DNA from: Mytilus trossulus
Taxonomy: Eukaryota
Reading direction: 5' to 3'
Length of the DNA stretch: 64,000 nt
NCBI RefSeq assembly: GCF_036588685.1
Contig: NC_086380.1
Coordinates: 10,277,347 to 10,341,346, forward strand
Positions within the stretch are counted from its first letter, which is position 1, and each line of letters opens with the position of its first letter. The translations under genes and the position numbers were made by a program. The notes below the pieces were generated by a model that worked only from the letters and a program-made list of their open reading frames with translations, did no database searches and was not told the DNA's origin. This document shows positions 63,901-64,000 of this stretch, piece by piece.

Positions 63901-64000
63901 TAGATCTTTTAAGGAACGAGAATAGTCATGCTTTCATGACATTTTGACATAATTGGTATTCAGGTGATAATTGCATATAATGTATCTACCCATTCTCTCT

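Noticed and set aside
1-64000. Prokaryote-style features (operons, CRISPR arrays, RBS, rho-independent terminators)
   Set aside because: The sequence is clearly eukaryotic: it has spliced genes with GT-AG introns, SINE/MITE/retroelement load and ~65-70% AT. No direct-repeat/spacer architecture is present.

Overview
This is a eukaryotic (metazoan) genomic window: AT-rich, intron-bearing and packed with interspersed repeats. It is not a prokaryotic locus, so operons, CRISPR arrays and rho-independent terminators are not applicable here. The repeat content and gene family suggest a bivalve mollusc (mussel/oyster-like) genome, but that is an inference. The window holds two protein-coding genes supported by splice-site and reading-frame logic, and a dense population of retroelement-derived repeats.

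- **HSP70 family member 12 (HSPA12A/B-like) gene**, plus strand, 4 coding exons (6449-6760, 10109-10327, 11238-11391, 14263-15311). GT/AG boundaries fit, the reading frame is continuous across exons, and the DLGGGTxD nucleotide-binding motif is rebuilt exactly across the exon 3/exon 4 junction. Its introns are filled with repeats.
- **Four-transmembrane protein gene**, minus strand, 2 exons (29942..29576 and 28894..28668), about 197 aa, PMP22/claudin-like topology.
- **Retrozyme-like repeats carrying hammerhead ribozymes.** A repeat family of roughly 340 nt carries complete type-I hammerhead ribozyme (HHR) motifs at 18771-18818, 46699-46746 and 63812-63859, and a mutated one at 18436-18482. 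The head-to-tail HHR dimer at 18436-18818 has the architecture of small circRNA-producing retrozymes. Several degenerate or antisense copies are also present.
- **Reverse-transcriptase-encoding retroelement family.** Decayed copies sit at 38215-39300, 41456-42610 and 24535-24716. One 3' tail is duplicated almost identically at 41456-42290 and 55476-56290. The tail sequences are related to abundant short SINE-like repeat families (called B, B2 and C here).
- **Other repeats:**
  - a terminal-inverted-repeat (TIR) MITE family (D, full copy 26905-27270);
  - a TIR-flanked element containing a 3x ~168-bp satellite (11647-12248);
  - an ~860-bp tandem duplication in the intron upstream of HSP exon 4;
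  - several long hairpin/palindromic structures (15740-15836, 62515-62660, 1204-1341).

Most ORFs in the supplied six-frame track are translations of repeats or antisense of real exons, and are not called as genes.
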